Source: Candidatus Thorarchaeota archaeon
GTDB taxonomy: Archaea > Asgardarchaeota > Thorarchaeia > Thorarchaeales > Thorarchaeaceae
Length of the DNA: 28,108 bases
NCBI GenBank assembly: GCA_038893995.1
Contig: JAWAQK010000032.1
Coordinates: forward strand, 1-28,108
Direction of reading: 5' to 3'
Shown here in pieces: positions 17,035-26,125 of the stretch (position 1 is the stretch's first letter; each line of letters opens with the position of its first letter). The notes under the pieces were generated by a model. That model saw nothing but the letters and a program-made list of their open reading frames with translations, ran no database searches and was not told the origin of the DNA. Both the position numbers and the translations under genes were made by a program.

Positions 17035-18234
17035 ATGGGGCTGATCTACAAGAGAGATGTGTGCAATGGATGCATGCTCTGTACGAAAGTCTGTAATTTC
17101 GGAGCAATCTCCAAAGATGGCGAGAAGGTCGCATTCGACCTTGACAAGTGCGTATTGTGTGGCTCCTGTGAGGAGATATGTCCAGTCGATGCTATAGAGA
17201 TTGAGAGAAAGGCTGTCAATGCAGAGGAATTGGCACGGTACAAGGATGTCTGGGTAGTATGCGAGGTCCATGATGGCAGGCTCCGGAATGTTGCCTACGA
17301 ACTCGTGACAAAGGCAAGAGAGCTGGCGAACCAGCTCGGTGAGAGAGTGGTCGCAGTACTGATGGGATATCAGGTCGGAGGACTGGCAGAATCACTTATC
17401 CACCAGGGTGCAGACCGAGTAATAGTGGTGGATGACAAGTTACTCGAGCACTACACAACAGATGGATTCACGATCGCTGTCACCTCTCTGATCGCAGCGC
17501 GGAAACCAGCAATCGTGCTGTTTGGTGCGACAACAAATGGACGAGACCTGGCGCCCCGTGTCGCAGCGCGGCTCAAGCTCGGTCTCACTGCAGACTGCAC
17601 GGGGCTGGAGATAGACGACAAGAGACAGCTCGTACAGATTAGACCGGCCTTTGGAGGGAACATCATGGCCGAGATCCTATGCCCATATACGAGGCCGCAG
17701 ATGGCTACGGTCAGACCCAACGTGTTCAAGCCATCACCTCCAGACACCTCTAGAAAGGGGGAGATTGAACAGGTAAACATCAAGTTGAGTCCGGTCCAGA
17801 TACGGACAAAAGTACTGGAAAGAGTTTCAGAGGTCAGCGAGGGCATGAAGCCGGTCGAGGAGGCCGAGATCGTTGTATGTAGTGGCAGAGGAATAAGGGA
17901 TCCGGCCAATCTCGAGCTCCCCAAGAAACTGGCGAGTCTACTCGATGCAGCAGTAGGAGGTTCGAGGCCCATCGTGGATGCGGGCTGGTTGCCACCGACT
18001 CAACAGGTCGGACAGTCAGGCAGGACAATATGTCCAAAGCTCTACTTCGCACTGGGTATCTCGGGTCAGATCCAGCACCTTGCCGGAATGTCGTCGTCCG
18101 ACATAATCGTAGCAATAAACAAGGATCCAGAAGCGCCCATCTTCTCAGTGGCCGACTTCGGCATTGTTGGGGACCTGTTCGAGGTGGTTCCTGCTCTGAT
18201 TGAGGAGATCCAGAAGCTGTACAATCAGAGATAG
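17035..18234 (+). CDS. etfA: Electron transfer flavoprotein subunit alpha with N-terminal 2x[4Fe-4S] domain
   Basis: CNGCMLC...C and CVLCGSC...CP, then GLTADCT, RPAFGG, QVGQSG, GISGQIQH and AINKDPEAPIF. Confidence 0.96.
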   Translation: MGLIYKRDVCNGCMLCTKVCNFGAISKDGEKVAFDLDKCVLCGSCEEICPVDAIEIERKAVNAEELARYKDVWVVCEVHDGRLRNVAYELVTKARELANQLGERVVAVLMGYQVGGLAESLIHQGADRVIVVDDKLLEHYTTDGFTIAVTSLIAARKPAIVLFGATTNGRDLAPRVAARLKLGLTADCTGLEIDDKRQLVQIRPAFGGNIMAEILCPYTRPQMATVRPNVFKPSPPDTSRKGEIEQVNIKLSPVQIRTKVLERVSEVSEGMKPVEEAEIVVCSGRGIRDPANLELPKKLASLLDAAVGGSRPIVDAGWLPPTQQVGQSGRTICPKLYFALGISGQIQHLAGMSSSDIIVAINKDPEAPIFSVADFGIVGDLFEVVPALIEEIQKLYNQR

Positions 18235-18344
18235 GACCCGGTAATAACGGTCAGACAATCAATGTCCTGGCCCAGACGAGAAGTGGGCAATGACCTGTCG
18301 GGCAGGGTCAGGAAAATGATGAGAGGTGGAGCCATTCTTTTGAA

Positions 18345-18479
18345 TGGTGGACCGGCCGTGATTTGAACACGGGACCTCCTCCACTTTGGTGAGTGGTACA
18401 GTACCACTCATGCCAAGGAGGCGATCTAGCTCCCCGCGGCCTCTCAGACGAGGTCGCGACCGGGCTAATCTACCGGCCC
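18345..18479 (-). tRNA. tRNA-Ala(GGC) with two introns (D-loop about 18430-18459; position 37/38 at 18384-18410)
   Basis: GGGCCGG/CCGGTCC acceptor stem with G3.U70, D-stem GATT/GATC, anticodon arm CCTCC-TTGGCA^T-GGAGG, T-arm CCGTG-TTCAAAT-CACGG, A-CCA. Removing two hairpin inserts gives a tRNA of about 78 nt. Confidence 0.92.
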
Positions 18480-18601
18480 ACGTCGTGCTGACAAAATCGC
18501 CCGTATCTCGTTAAAAGAGTTACGGGTAATCAGGCAACCAACGTGCAGTGGATCATACGATGACTGGACAACCTTCGTTCAGATGAGGAAGGCGGTTGGG
18601 C

Positions 18602-18790
18602 CTAACCACGTATCCTGGCGCCGTAGATGGTCTTGTGTGCCCAACTGTACTTGCGTAGCCGACTCGATATACCATAACCGCAGGCAGCACACCGCTTCCG
18701 TCTGACATGATATGATCTGCGACCACAGCGTCTGCAACGAATATGGTGAGGATTATTCTTCTTGCCTTTTGAGGGAGTTCCCTTTCCCAT
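18602..18790 (-). CDS. rpl37e: 50S ribosomal protein L37e
   Basis: [28 protein letters not shown] and RKYSW. Confidence 0.97.
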   Translation of the reverse strand: MGKGTPSKGKKNNPHHIRCRRCGRRSYHVRRKRCAACGYGISSRLRKYSWAHKTIYGARIRG

Positions 18791-18795
18791 ATCAT

Positions 18796-19065
18796 CTACT
18801 CCTTTGTTGATGTGTTTGGAGGTGACACCAATACGACGTTGTCGCCTCTCACGATGATGCTGTCAATTTGCTCCACTCTTTCACCGCCATCATCGGGAGC
18901 TGGGACATACTCCTCTGCATCGTCCAGTATGAGGTTGACGTGCTGGTCAAAACCGCGCAGTCGACCCTTTAACTTCCTGCGACCCTTCAGTTCTACGAGA
19001 ACCTGTAAGCCTAACGACTTTTCCAATAGCTCCATTGGCCGCCCAGAATTCGTTGGAATCACCAC
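18796..19065 (-). CDS. Sm-like archaeal protein (Lsm/SmAP1)
   Basis: [26 protein letters not shown] and [13 protein letters not shown]. Lies upstream of rpl37e as usual. Exact start uncertain. Confidence 0.95.
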   Translation of the reverse strand: MVIPTNSGRPMELLEKSLGLQVLVELKGRRKLKGRLRGFDQHVNLILDDAEEYVPAPDDGGERVEQIDSIIVRGDNVVLVSPPNTSTKE

Positions 19066-19120
19066 CGGTAGGTCTCTGCGTGGGCTTCATGACCACGACC
19101 CGCTGAGTCCCTGCAGGGGG

Positions 19121-19130
19121 TATTTAAAAA
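19121..19130 (-). promoter_or_regulatory. TATA box of lsm-rpl37e
   Basis: Minus-strand TTTTTAAATA in the divergent intergenic region. Confidence 0.5.
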
Positions 19131-19199
19131 TATGACGTTGAAACCTCTAGTCTACATTACGCAGCCTTGAAAAGGCTCTGCTGTTGATACTCGCGATCA

Positions 19200-19706
19200 A
19201 TGCCACGAATTGAAAGGATCAAGAAACGTCGTCTGCTCAAGTCCAAGGAACAGAGAGACCAGATCGAGGAACTCACCAGGAGTTTCAAGACGGAGATCTC
19301 ACTCCCAGGTCAGCAACCACATCTCGAAGAGGGATTTCTGGAAGACGGTTCTCGGGTCATCATGCTGAATGGAGTGATACTCTTCTTTGAGCGCGCAGGA
19401 CGTGTCTTTCCATCGCTGAACGCACTTCTGATGGGCGTGGTCAAGTTGCCCACCGTGACGGTCGATATGGGTGCTGTGAGATATGTGGTCAACGGCGCGG
19501 ACATAATGCGCCCGGGAGTGACAGCTCTAGAGGACTCGATCAACACGGGAGAAGTCGTAGCTGTGATTGACCAGACCCATCACAAGCCTCTAGCAATAGG
19601 AGTATCGTTGATGAATGCGGCTCAGATCAAGGAGGCCACGTCTGGCAAGGTCGTCAACTCGGTACACCATGTTGGCGATGAGATATGGGAGTTCAATAAG
19701 TCATGA
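19200..19706 (+). CDS. PUA-domain RNA-binding protein (MCT-1/Tma20-like)
   Basis: FPSL, VTVDMGAVRYVVNGADIMRPGV, KPLAIG and GKVV..VHHVGDEIW. Confidence 0.93.
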   Translation: MPRIERIKKRRLLKSKEQRDQIEELTRSFKTEISLPGQQPHLEEGFLEDGSRVIMLNGVILFFERAGRVFPSLNALLMGVVKLPTVTVDMGAVRYVVNGADIMRPGVTALEDSINTGEVVAVIDQTHHKPLAIGVSLMNAAQIKEATSGKVVNSVHHVGDEIWEFNKS

Positions 19707-20071
19707 GGTACGACTCTCGCGTTTCATATACATTTTATGTACGCGCAATGCATGCAGTTCCAGGCACGGCATGATTCGGGCCATAATATTGTCTGAATTG
19801 CAATCGTGCCAGACCTGGCCCAGTAGGGTCGATGTATCACCAGAGTCGTCGGTCTGGCAATATCTTTCGTCAAGGCGGACTCGAGCCTCAGCCAGAGTCA
19901 GACCGGTCATGGCTCTACGACCACGGGGAACACTCAGATTCGTGATGTCGGACAGATAGTGCCGTCTTGCACTCAGCGTCTGTATCGTCCTGCAGGGAGT
20001 CCGAAACCTCTTGCAAGCACACGGTAAAGAGTGACACCAGGGAACCTTCCATCCATTCCGTATCTCAACTG

Positions 20072-20221
20072 TCATTGCAGGTCCGACTCTGATATGTCAC
20101 TGTCGTCGATCTCAACGATGCTGGCCACACCAGACGATACGATTCTCTGGTATACTACAGACTCTGCCATCTCTTCGACTCCGTGTTCCTTGATCCACTC
20201 TGACAACGCCGCCCAATTCAG
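20072..20221 (-). CDS. Possible small acidic protein (49 aa, not in the ORF track)
   Basis: Open frame LNWAALSEWIKEHGVEEMAESVVYQRIVSSGVASIVEIDDSDISESDLQ. Start codon is unclear (CTG or TTG). Confidence 0.3.
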   Translation of the reverse strand: MNWAALSEWIKEHGVEEMAESVVYQRIVSSGVASIVEIDDSDISESDLQ

Positions 20222-20399
20222 ACGCCTTCGCGATCATAGTCCTATCATGATTTGGGATGTCGGTGTCTGGGCTACTCTGCGACTGGCTCAGAGAATGTAT
20301 GTGGCCCCCTGTCTCAATGACCAGCAGAGGGACTAGAGAATCTTGCCACGTATTACTCGAGCTTTTCTTCACCACATAGTCAATCAGTATTGGACCAAG

Positions 20400-20816
20400 A
20401 TGGTATCGTTTAGATTCGGACGAAAGAATACTCACGATGATTCAGCATCGGGCACGAATGGGGCCATTGCCGGAAGACTTGGAGTCTTTTCACCCATGTC
20501 GGGCCAGACACAGGACGATATCGAGTGCGAATGCAAGACGCTGAGAGAATTGGACGAAATAATGATCAGCAGCAGACGTCTGAAGTCACTCGATGACGTA
20601 CCTCAGGTTGTCAATGAAGTCCGAAATGGCAAGATCGTCCTGCTTGATATCTCAGGACTGAACGACGGCAATCCCCAGAACTATCTGGAATTGAAGAGGA
20701 TCGTAGAGCGAATCCGGGGAGCCACCAGGGGGATGTCAGCAGATATGGCACTGGTGAATGATGGGTGCTTGATTGTCACACCCATGTTTGTGAAAATGCA
20801 GACCGTAGCCACGTAA
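20400..20816 (+). CDS. sepF: Cell division protein SepF (archaeal type)
   Basis: SLDDV..VVNEVRNGKIVLLDI, ELKRIVERI and D.A.V....LIVTP..VK. Downstream of the PUA gene as in many archaea. Confidence 0.85.
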   Translation: MVSFRFGRKNTHDDSASGTNGAIAGRLGVFSPMSGQTQDDIECECKTLRELDEIMISSRRLKSLDDVPQVVNEVRNGKIVLLDISGLNDGNPQNYLELKRIVERIRGATRGMSADMALVNDGCLIVTPMFVKMQTVAT

Positions 20817-20942
20817 CGTCTTGCTGGCAATCGTAAGCTTTCATGACTCTGCCGACGAATCTGGTCGGTTTCCATGTGCTGATACGGCACACTACGGGTA
20901 TCGCGAGAGTCTTCAATGGGAGTACTTGCATGCATCAGTGGT

Positions 20943-22853
20943 TTACCTGAGCTTCACACTCTCCATGAGCAAGAGTGCCTTCGTGTCTATGTTCATCGAC
21001 TTGTGTATTGTTGAGGCCAAGTGCAGACACTTAGAGGCCTCGCCATGACAGGTAAGTATACGCTCAGGCACCGGAGTGATTCTCTTCACGAAGTTCAGGA
21101 TCTGTTTCCTGTCGGAGTGTCCTGAGAAACCCTCGACTGTTTCAACGGTCAGATTCACGGGGATTACCTTTGTCTGGCCGTCTCTGTCACGCATCTGCAT
21201 CTCTTTCCACCCTTTCTGGATCCTCGCACCAAGTGTGTTCGGACCTTGGAAGGACACGAAGATGATCGCATTCTTCGGATCAGGAGCAAGCAGACGCAGG
21301 TAGTCAACGCTTGGGCCACCTACGAGCATGCCAGAGGTGGCCAGAATCACACAGGGTTCACCCTCTGCGATGGCCTCTCGCTGTTCAGCACTGTCAACCT
21401 GGACGAAGATCTCACTGAGGAAGGGGTTTACACCCTGATGGAATATCATCTCTCGAATCTTCTTGCTGAGGGACTCGGGGTGCGCTGTGTGAATAGCTGT
21501 TGCCTGGGCGATCATTCCCTCGGTGTAGACTGGCACCTTTGGTATGCGTCCCTTAGACATCAGGTCTTCAAGCACGAGCATGATCTCCTGAGCTCGTCCA
21601 ACCGCAAGCACAGGTATCAGCACCTTACCACCCCGCTCGAGCACCTGTTTCACAATGGTGGCGAACTTCTTCTCAACATCCTGCCGGGGAGGCATCCTGT
21701 CGTCGGGATGACCGTAGGTGCTCTCGATTATGAGAGTTTCAAGACGGGGGAAGGTGAACGTGGCGGGTTCCAGAAGCCTTGTACGGCCGAACTTGAAGTC
21801 GCCAGTGTACGCCAGGTTGTACTGACCGTTTCCGATATGCAGGTGAACTATTGCTGAGCCAAGTATGTGTCCTGCATTATGCAGGGTCAGTCGAATGTCA
21901 GGCGCGATGTCAGTCACCTCACCATAGGCGAGTGGGATCGTGTGGAGTACGGCCTCACGAATGTCTCTGTCCTTGTAGGGTTTCAGCTTGCCCTCTCGCT
22001 CAGCAACATCCAAGTAGTCGAGCTGAAGAAGCGTAGCAAGGCTCAGTGTCGGTGCGGTCATATAGACTGGACCACGGTAGCCATACTTGTACAGAAACGG
22101 GACCATCCCACAGTGGTCGAGGTGTGCATGGGTGACGATCACGGCATCAAGATTGTCGATGCTGAACTCCGGCACATCAAGAAGAGGAAAGGCACGACTG
22201 GGAGAACCAACATTGACTCCTAGATCGATAAGAATGCTACTCTCGGCGGTCTGAATGAGTATGGACTGTCTCCCCACTTCTCTGAAGCCACCTAGTGCGG
22301 TCAGGCGTATCCAACCGTTCTCAAACAGAGGCGCTCTGTGAATTCGTTTCCCTATCTCCCTGAATGCCCTGTCGCGATCTGCCGCTCCCGCCTGAATGAT
22401 CGCCCGAATCTGCTTGATATGCTTGCTCTCCAGTGGTGGAGTCCGCATGACGTTCGGTCTCCAGAATGTCTGCCGGGTTATCTCTTGGAGCGTGACCCCA
22501 TTGCGTCCAATTACTAGGCCGGGCTTTTGAGCCTCGATCAGCACTTCGCCTCTCGAGTCGTCAAAGTCGATCGAGGTGATCTCAGCCTCTGCGGGAACAA
22601 GCTGCCGTACGATCTTCTCGGTCTCCTCGTGAGTCAGCCGAACTTCGGGGGATGACCTTATGACAACGCGTTTCCGGATCTGTTTTGCAAGCGTCTTGAT
22701 CAGATCCCCATCGTCAAGCAGGATCTTGGGTGCCTTCGAGTAGATCGCTAGTTCTGGTCCTTCATACTCCACTGCGCTGATGTCCGCTGAACGTGGAAGG
22801 CTCTTGAGGACCATCTCCCGTAAATCAGTGTACTGGGTATCTTCTGAGTTCAT
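20943..22853 (-). CDS. fttA: Beta-CASP ribonuclease aCPSF1 / transcription termination factor FttA
   Basis: N-terminal KH domains (KPGLVIGRNG), GGFREVGR, HAHLDH, AGHILGS, ESTYG and GFSGHSD; 636 aa. Confidence 0.97.
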   Translation of the reverse strand: MNSEDTQYTDLREMVLKSLPRSADISAVEYEGPELAIYSKAPKILLDDGDLIKTLAKQIRKRVVIRSSPEVRLTHEETEKIVRQLVPAEAEITSIDFDDSRGEVLIEAQKPGLVIGRNGVTLQEITRQTFWRPNVMRTPPLESKHIKQIRAIIQAGAADRDRAFREIGKRIHRAPLFENGWIRLTALGGFREVGRQSILIQTAESSILIDLGVNVGSPSRAFPLLDVPEFSIDNLDAVIVTHAHLDHCGMVPFLYKYGYRGPVYMTAPTLSLATLLQLDYLDVAEREGKLKPYKDRDIREAVLHTIPLAYGEVTDIAPDIRLTLHNAGHILGSAIVHLHIGNGQYNLAYTGDFKFGRTRLLEPATFTFPRLETLIIESTYGHPDDRMPPRQDVEKKFATIVKQVLERGGKVLIPVLAVGRAQEIMLVLEDLMSKGRIPKVPVYTEGMIAQATAIHTAHPESLSKKIREMIFHQGVNPFLSEIFVQVDSAEQREAIAEGEPCVILATSGMLVGGPSVDYLRLLAPDPKNAIIFVSFQGPNTLGARIQKGWKEMQMRDRDGQTKVIPVNLTVETVEGFSGHSDRKQILNFVKRITPVPERILTCHGEASKCLHLASTIHKSMNIDTKALLLMESVKLR

Positions 22854-22973
22854 TCAGAGTCACATCTCGGATCTAGGTTCCGGAATCGGATGTCCGTCGT
22901 TTAGTCACTAGTGTCTAGAGAGGCGCGTCCCAGGCCAATACAAGTCGCGAAGGGGAGACAGAGGATTTGGTCC

Positions 22974-23612
22974 CTACTCACCCTTCCAGATCTTCATTAT
23001 TGTTTCCTTGTCTAGTGCCTGGTAGCCATCCTTGTCAATCACACTTACAAGGATCGAGTTTCCAGATGCGGCATCTCGCTCAATGGCTGCAGCTACAGCT
23101 CGAACTGCGAGCTCGATGGCCTTCTTCTTGGGCATGTCGTCCTTGTAGCCAGCCTCTAGAACACCCAGGGCTACCGGTGAACCTGACCCAGTTGACGTGA
23201 ACTTGTCAGGCAAGACGGATCCAATGAAGTCTGTATAGTAGACCTGAGGCCCCTCGTCGTCAAATCCTCCGACAAGACATTGTAACAGGTAAGTTCCCCT
23301 TGCTTGGAACAGAATGTTGCTCAGCAGACGAGTCAGTGCCTTTACTCTCATCGGCCGGCCCCTCTGTATCTCGAAGAGCTTCGCCTCTGCCTTCAGCAGC
23401 TCCATTATGGCCTGAGCATCTGCGACAGAACCGGCAATGGTGGCTCCAATTCGGTCTGTGATCTTGTAGATCTTCTGAGCTGTCTTATTGGCAATGAGAG
23501 TGCCCATTGTAGCACGTTGATCACTAGCTAGGACCACACAGTCCTTGCCGATAAGACCCACTGTAGTTGTGCCGGTCTTGACCTCATCCTGAGCATGCAT
23601 CTGCTGTTCCAA
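22974..23612 (-). CDS. psmB: Proteasome subunit beta
   Basis: Propeptide ending KTG|TTTVG, ASDQRAT, AGSVADAQ, TGSGS and ERDAASG. Confidence 0.97.
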   Translation of the reverse strand: MEQQMHAQDEVKTGTTTVGLIGKDCVVLASDQRATMGTLIANKTAQKIYKITDRIGATIAGSVADAQAIMELLKAEAKLFEIQRGRPMRVKALTRLLSNILFQARGTYLLQCLVGGFDDEGPQVYYTDFIGSVLPDKFTSTGSGSPVALGVLEAGYKDDMPKKKAIELAVRAVAAAIERDAASGNSILVSVIDKDGYQALDKETIMKIWKGE

Positions 23613-23692
23613 CTTGGGTGACTCCTCACCTAGTTAAGGGATGTCCTGGAGAACTAGTGACAGGCGATGGTGCGGACAGATGATTAAAAAGC

Positions 23693-24589
23693 TTACGCAG
23701 TGGACGACTGTCCAGCAGAGTCTGTACTGCTCTTGTTCTCCTCTTCGTGATCGTGACTGTCCGAGTGGACGTGGGTCTCAGTGACTCGGTCAAACTCGAC
23801 GACGATTCGGACGCGCTTGGCCTCGCTCACTAGCCTGAGAGAGTCAGCAGCTATCCCGAGTTCAGCAAACTGTACACCCTCGATGTAGCGGCTCTCCTTG
23901 GGTAGTTCGATTGTGATCATGTCGGAGGAAACTGACACTCCGAACTTGTCATTAGGGAGTGAAGGAATTCGTCTCTTCACGATTGCCCGCAGTTTGTTCT
24001 CAACGCCCTTTACGATTTCCCTCACTGTCACATCGAATATCAGTGTCTTTCCTGCATACGGTCGATTGAAGTCTACACGAACCCTTCGTCCGACGATCTG
24101 TCGGATCACGCCCTCATCATTGCCGAAACGGATTCGCTCTCCAACTCTCAACTTCGCTCCAGTCTTGGCGAGCTTGAGAATGGGTATGGACAGGACCTTA
24201 TTGGGATCCCTCTGGCCGGCGCCTTTCTCGGGGGGGACCTCAATCGTCTTGCTCTCCCCGACCCTCATGCCAATCAGGGAGTCCTCCACCGCTCTGAGCA
24301 GCCAGTTCCAACCGATTGCCACAAGGACAGGCTCATAGCGATCACTCTCCCGGTAGAGACCTTCCTTCTTTGCCACCTCTTCGATCGTGACGTCGATTAT
24401 CTCATTGTCCTCCTTCGTCCTGAGTACATAGTCCACATAGATCATGCTGTCGTTACGGACCACATCTGCTTCTTCCTCAGGCTGTGGGGGCACGGGAACC
24501 GTGTCACGGTCTGCAACCTCTGTTGTAGTGTCGGCACTTGTTTCGGGAGTCTTGCTCTTTCCTCGTGTTTGTGAACTGGCCTTGGGCAT
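23693..24589 (-). CDS. slyD: Long-type FKBP peptidyl-prolyl isomerase (SlyD-like)
   Basis: VDY...IIDVT.EE.AK..G, YEP, GMRVGE.K.IEVPPEK and VDFN.P.AGKTL.F, plus the archaeal C-terminal domain. Confidence 0.9.
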   Translation of the reverse strand: MPKASSQTRGKSKTPETSADTTTEVADRDTVPVPPQPEEEADVVRNDSMIYVDYVLRTKEDNEIIDVTIEEVAKKEGLYRESDRYEPVLVAIGWNWLLRAVEDSLIGMRVGESKTIEVPPEKGAGQRDPNKVLSIPILKLAKTGAKLRVGERIRFGNDEGVIRQIVGRRVRVDFNRPYAGKTLIFDVTVREIVKGVENKLRAIVKRRIPSLPNDKFGVSVSSDMITIELPKESRYIEGVQFAELGIAADSLRLVSEAKRVRIVVEFDRVTETHVHSDSHDHEEENKSSTDSAGQSSTA

Positions 24590-24603
24590 CGGTGTCTGCC
24601 TCT

Positions 24604-25254
24604 CTAGCTATTGAATGGACCCAAGGCTTCAGGTCTCGGTTGTTTTAAAACGGTTTCCGTCGGTATTCGACTGGCCGTTCCTCTGACAACGTAGATTGTC
24701 TCGAAGAAGAAGGATTCACTATCCAGCACCTCGGCCCGCAACTGGTATCTTGACATCACTCCAACGATCTTTTCCACCGAGAGATACGATGACACCACCG
24801 TATAGACACTACCACCTGGCGTGAGATGCACCGATGCCTCGCTGAGCAGGCGCTCGAGAACCTCTGTACCAGTCACACCTCCGACAACAGCATGATCGAT
24901 AGACGATCTATCATCGTCGGAGGGAAGATAGGGAGGGTTGAACGATATGACTGAGAATCTGGCTGATGTGTTGAATGATCGAAGTAGGTCTGATTGAACA
25001 ATCTGACAAGAATGTATGTCATTCTGCCTCGCATTGAGATGGGCGTTTCTTACTGCCTCAAGAGACACGTCAGAGGCAACAACATGGGAAGTCACACAGG
25101 CCGCATTGAGGGCAATGTAACCGGTCCCGCATCCTACGTCAAGTACAGAGTCATCCGGACCCACATCAATGCAGTCTAGAAGTAGAAAGGAGTCTTCCGA
25201 GGGAGGATACACACCATCAAGGACATTGATCTTGAGGTCAAAGTCCTTCATCAC
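24604..25254 (-). CDS. HemK2/MTQ2-family protein N5-glutamine methyltransferase
   Basis: VYPPSEDSFLL, LDVGCGTG, FNPPYLP and GGVTG. Confidence 0.93.
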   Translation of the reverse strand: MMKDFDLKINVLDGVYPPSEDSFLLLDCIDVGPDDSVLDVGCGTGYIALNAACVTSHVVASDVSLEAVRNAHLNARQNDIHSCQIVQSDLLRSFNTSARFSVISFNPPYLPSDDDRSSIDHAVVGGVTGTEVLERLLSEASVHLTPGGSVYTVVSSYLSVEKIVGVMSRYQLRAEVLDSESFFFETIYVVRGTASRIPTETVLKQPRPEALGPFNS

Positions 25255-26125
25255 TCATCTCCCCCTGATGGCGAATCTGCTGTAGATCCTCTCCGACGAG
25301 ACTCTGGACCGCATCGGCAATCACTACCAGATCGTCCAGGCTGAGCTGTCTAAGTCGCTCAGAGCCTGTGAAACGTCCGCACAGGCTCAGGACCTCCTCG
25401 GGTAGGGTCTCAGGAAGCGCGAGATCCCGTGCCCAGATCACGAGTGCCCGTCTTAGCTGCTTGTTGGGATGGGCATACAGGCCCCGGACAGTTTCTTGGA
25501 AGACCTCACGGCTCTTGGCAAATGGACCATGAGAGCGTGGAGTCATTCTGACAACGACTGAGTCAACTAGCGGGACTGGATAAAACTGTCTTCTCGAAAC
25601 GTCGAAGACCTTCTCTACATCCATCAGGTATCGAACCCCAATCGTCAGGCGGGAGTAGTCGGGCGTCCCGGGCTTGGCCAGTAGACGCTCACCATACTCC
25701 TTCTGGTACATCACCACGGCGCAACTCAGTGGTATCTCCAGTATCCTGAAAGTGAGATCAGAAGAGATGTGATAGGGGATATTGGAAACACACTTGTCTA
25801 CGGGTGGCAAATTGACCTCAAGCGCATCACCGTGAATGACGGTCATGTTGGGGTATCTTTGTTGTAGATCGCGCAGGGCTCTGACCAGCCTCGGATCAAT
25901 CTCGACCACGTAAACTCTCCTAGCACGTTGAGCAAGGCACTCCGTCAGTATGCCAAGCCCACCGCCTATCTCAAGCACCGTATCGTTTTCACTCACACAC
26001 GCAGCTTCGACCACTCTCCTGGCAACACACTCGTCCACGAGGAATGTCTGACCAATGCTTCGCCGCGGCCGGACTCCATACTTGAGTAGAGTTTGACGGA
26101 CACTGTGCTCCGACAGAAGGCTCAC
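25238..26125 (-). CDS. rsmA: 16S rRNA m6,2A dimethyltransferase (KsgA/Dim1)
   Basis: GQTFL, LEIGGGLG, VEID, GDAL, SNIPY, QKE, YSRL and FYPVP.VDS. Confidence 0.96.
   Translation of the reverse strand: MSLLSEHSVRQTLLKYGVRPRRSIGQTFLVDECVARRVVEAACVSENDTVLEIGGGLGILTECLAQRARRVYVVEIDPRLVRALRDLQQRYPNMTVIHGDALEVNLPPVDKCVSNIPYHISSDLTFRILEIPLSCAVVMYQKEYGERLLAKPGTPDYSRLTIGVRYLMDVEKVFDVSRRQFYPVPLVDSVVVRMTPRSHGPFAKSREVFQETVRGLYAHPNKQLRRALVIWARDLALPETLPEEVLSLCGRFTGSERLRQLSLDDLVVIADAVQSLVGEDLQQIRHQGEMSDEGL

Noticed and set aside
18316-18322. Perfect box C (ATGATGA), also GTGATGA at 8501-8507
   Set aside because: No box D CTGA at a suitable distance downstream.
19701-20075. 124-aa Cys-rich minus-strand ORF (considered as a ZPR1-type zinc finger near sepF)
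   Set aside because: No properly spaced CxxC pairs or ZPR1 motifs; composition looks non-coding.
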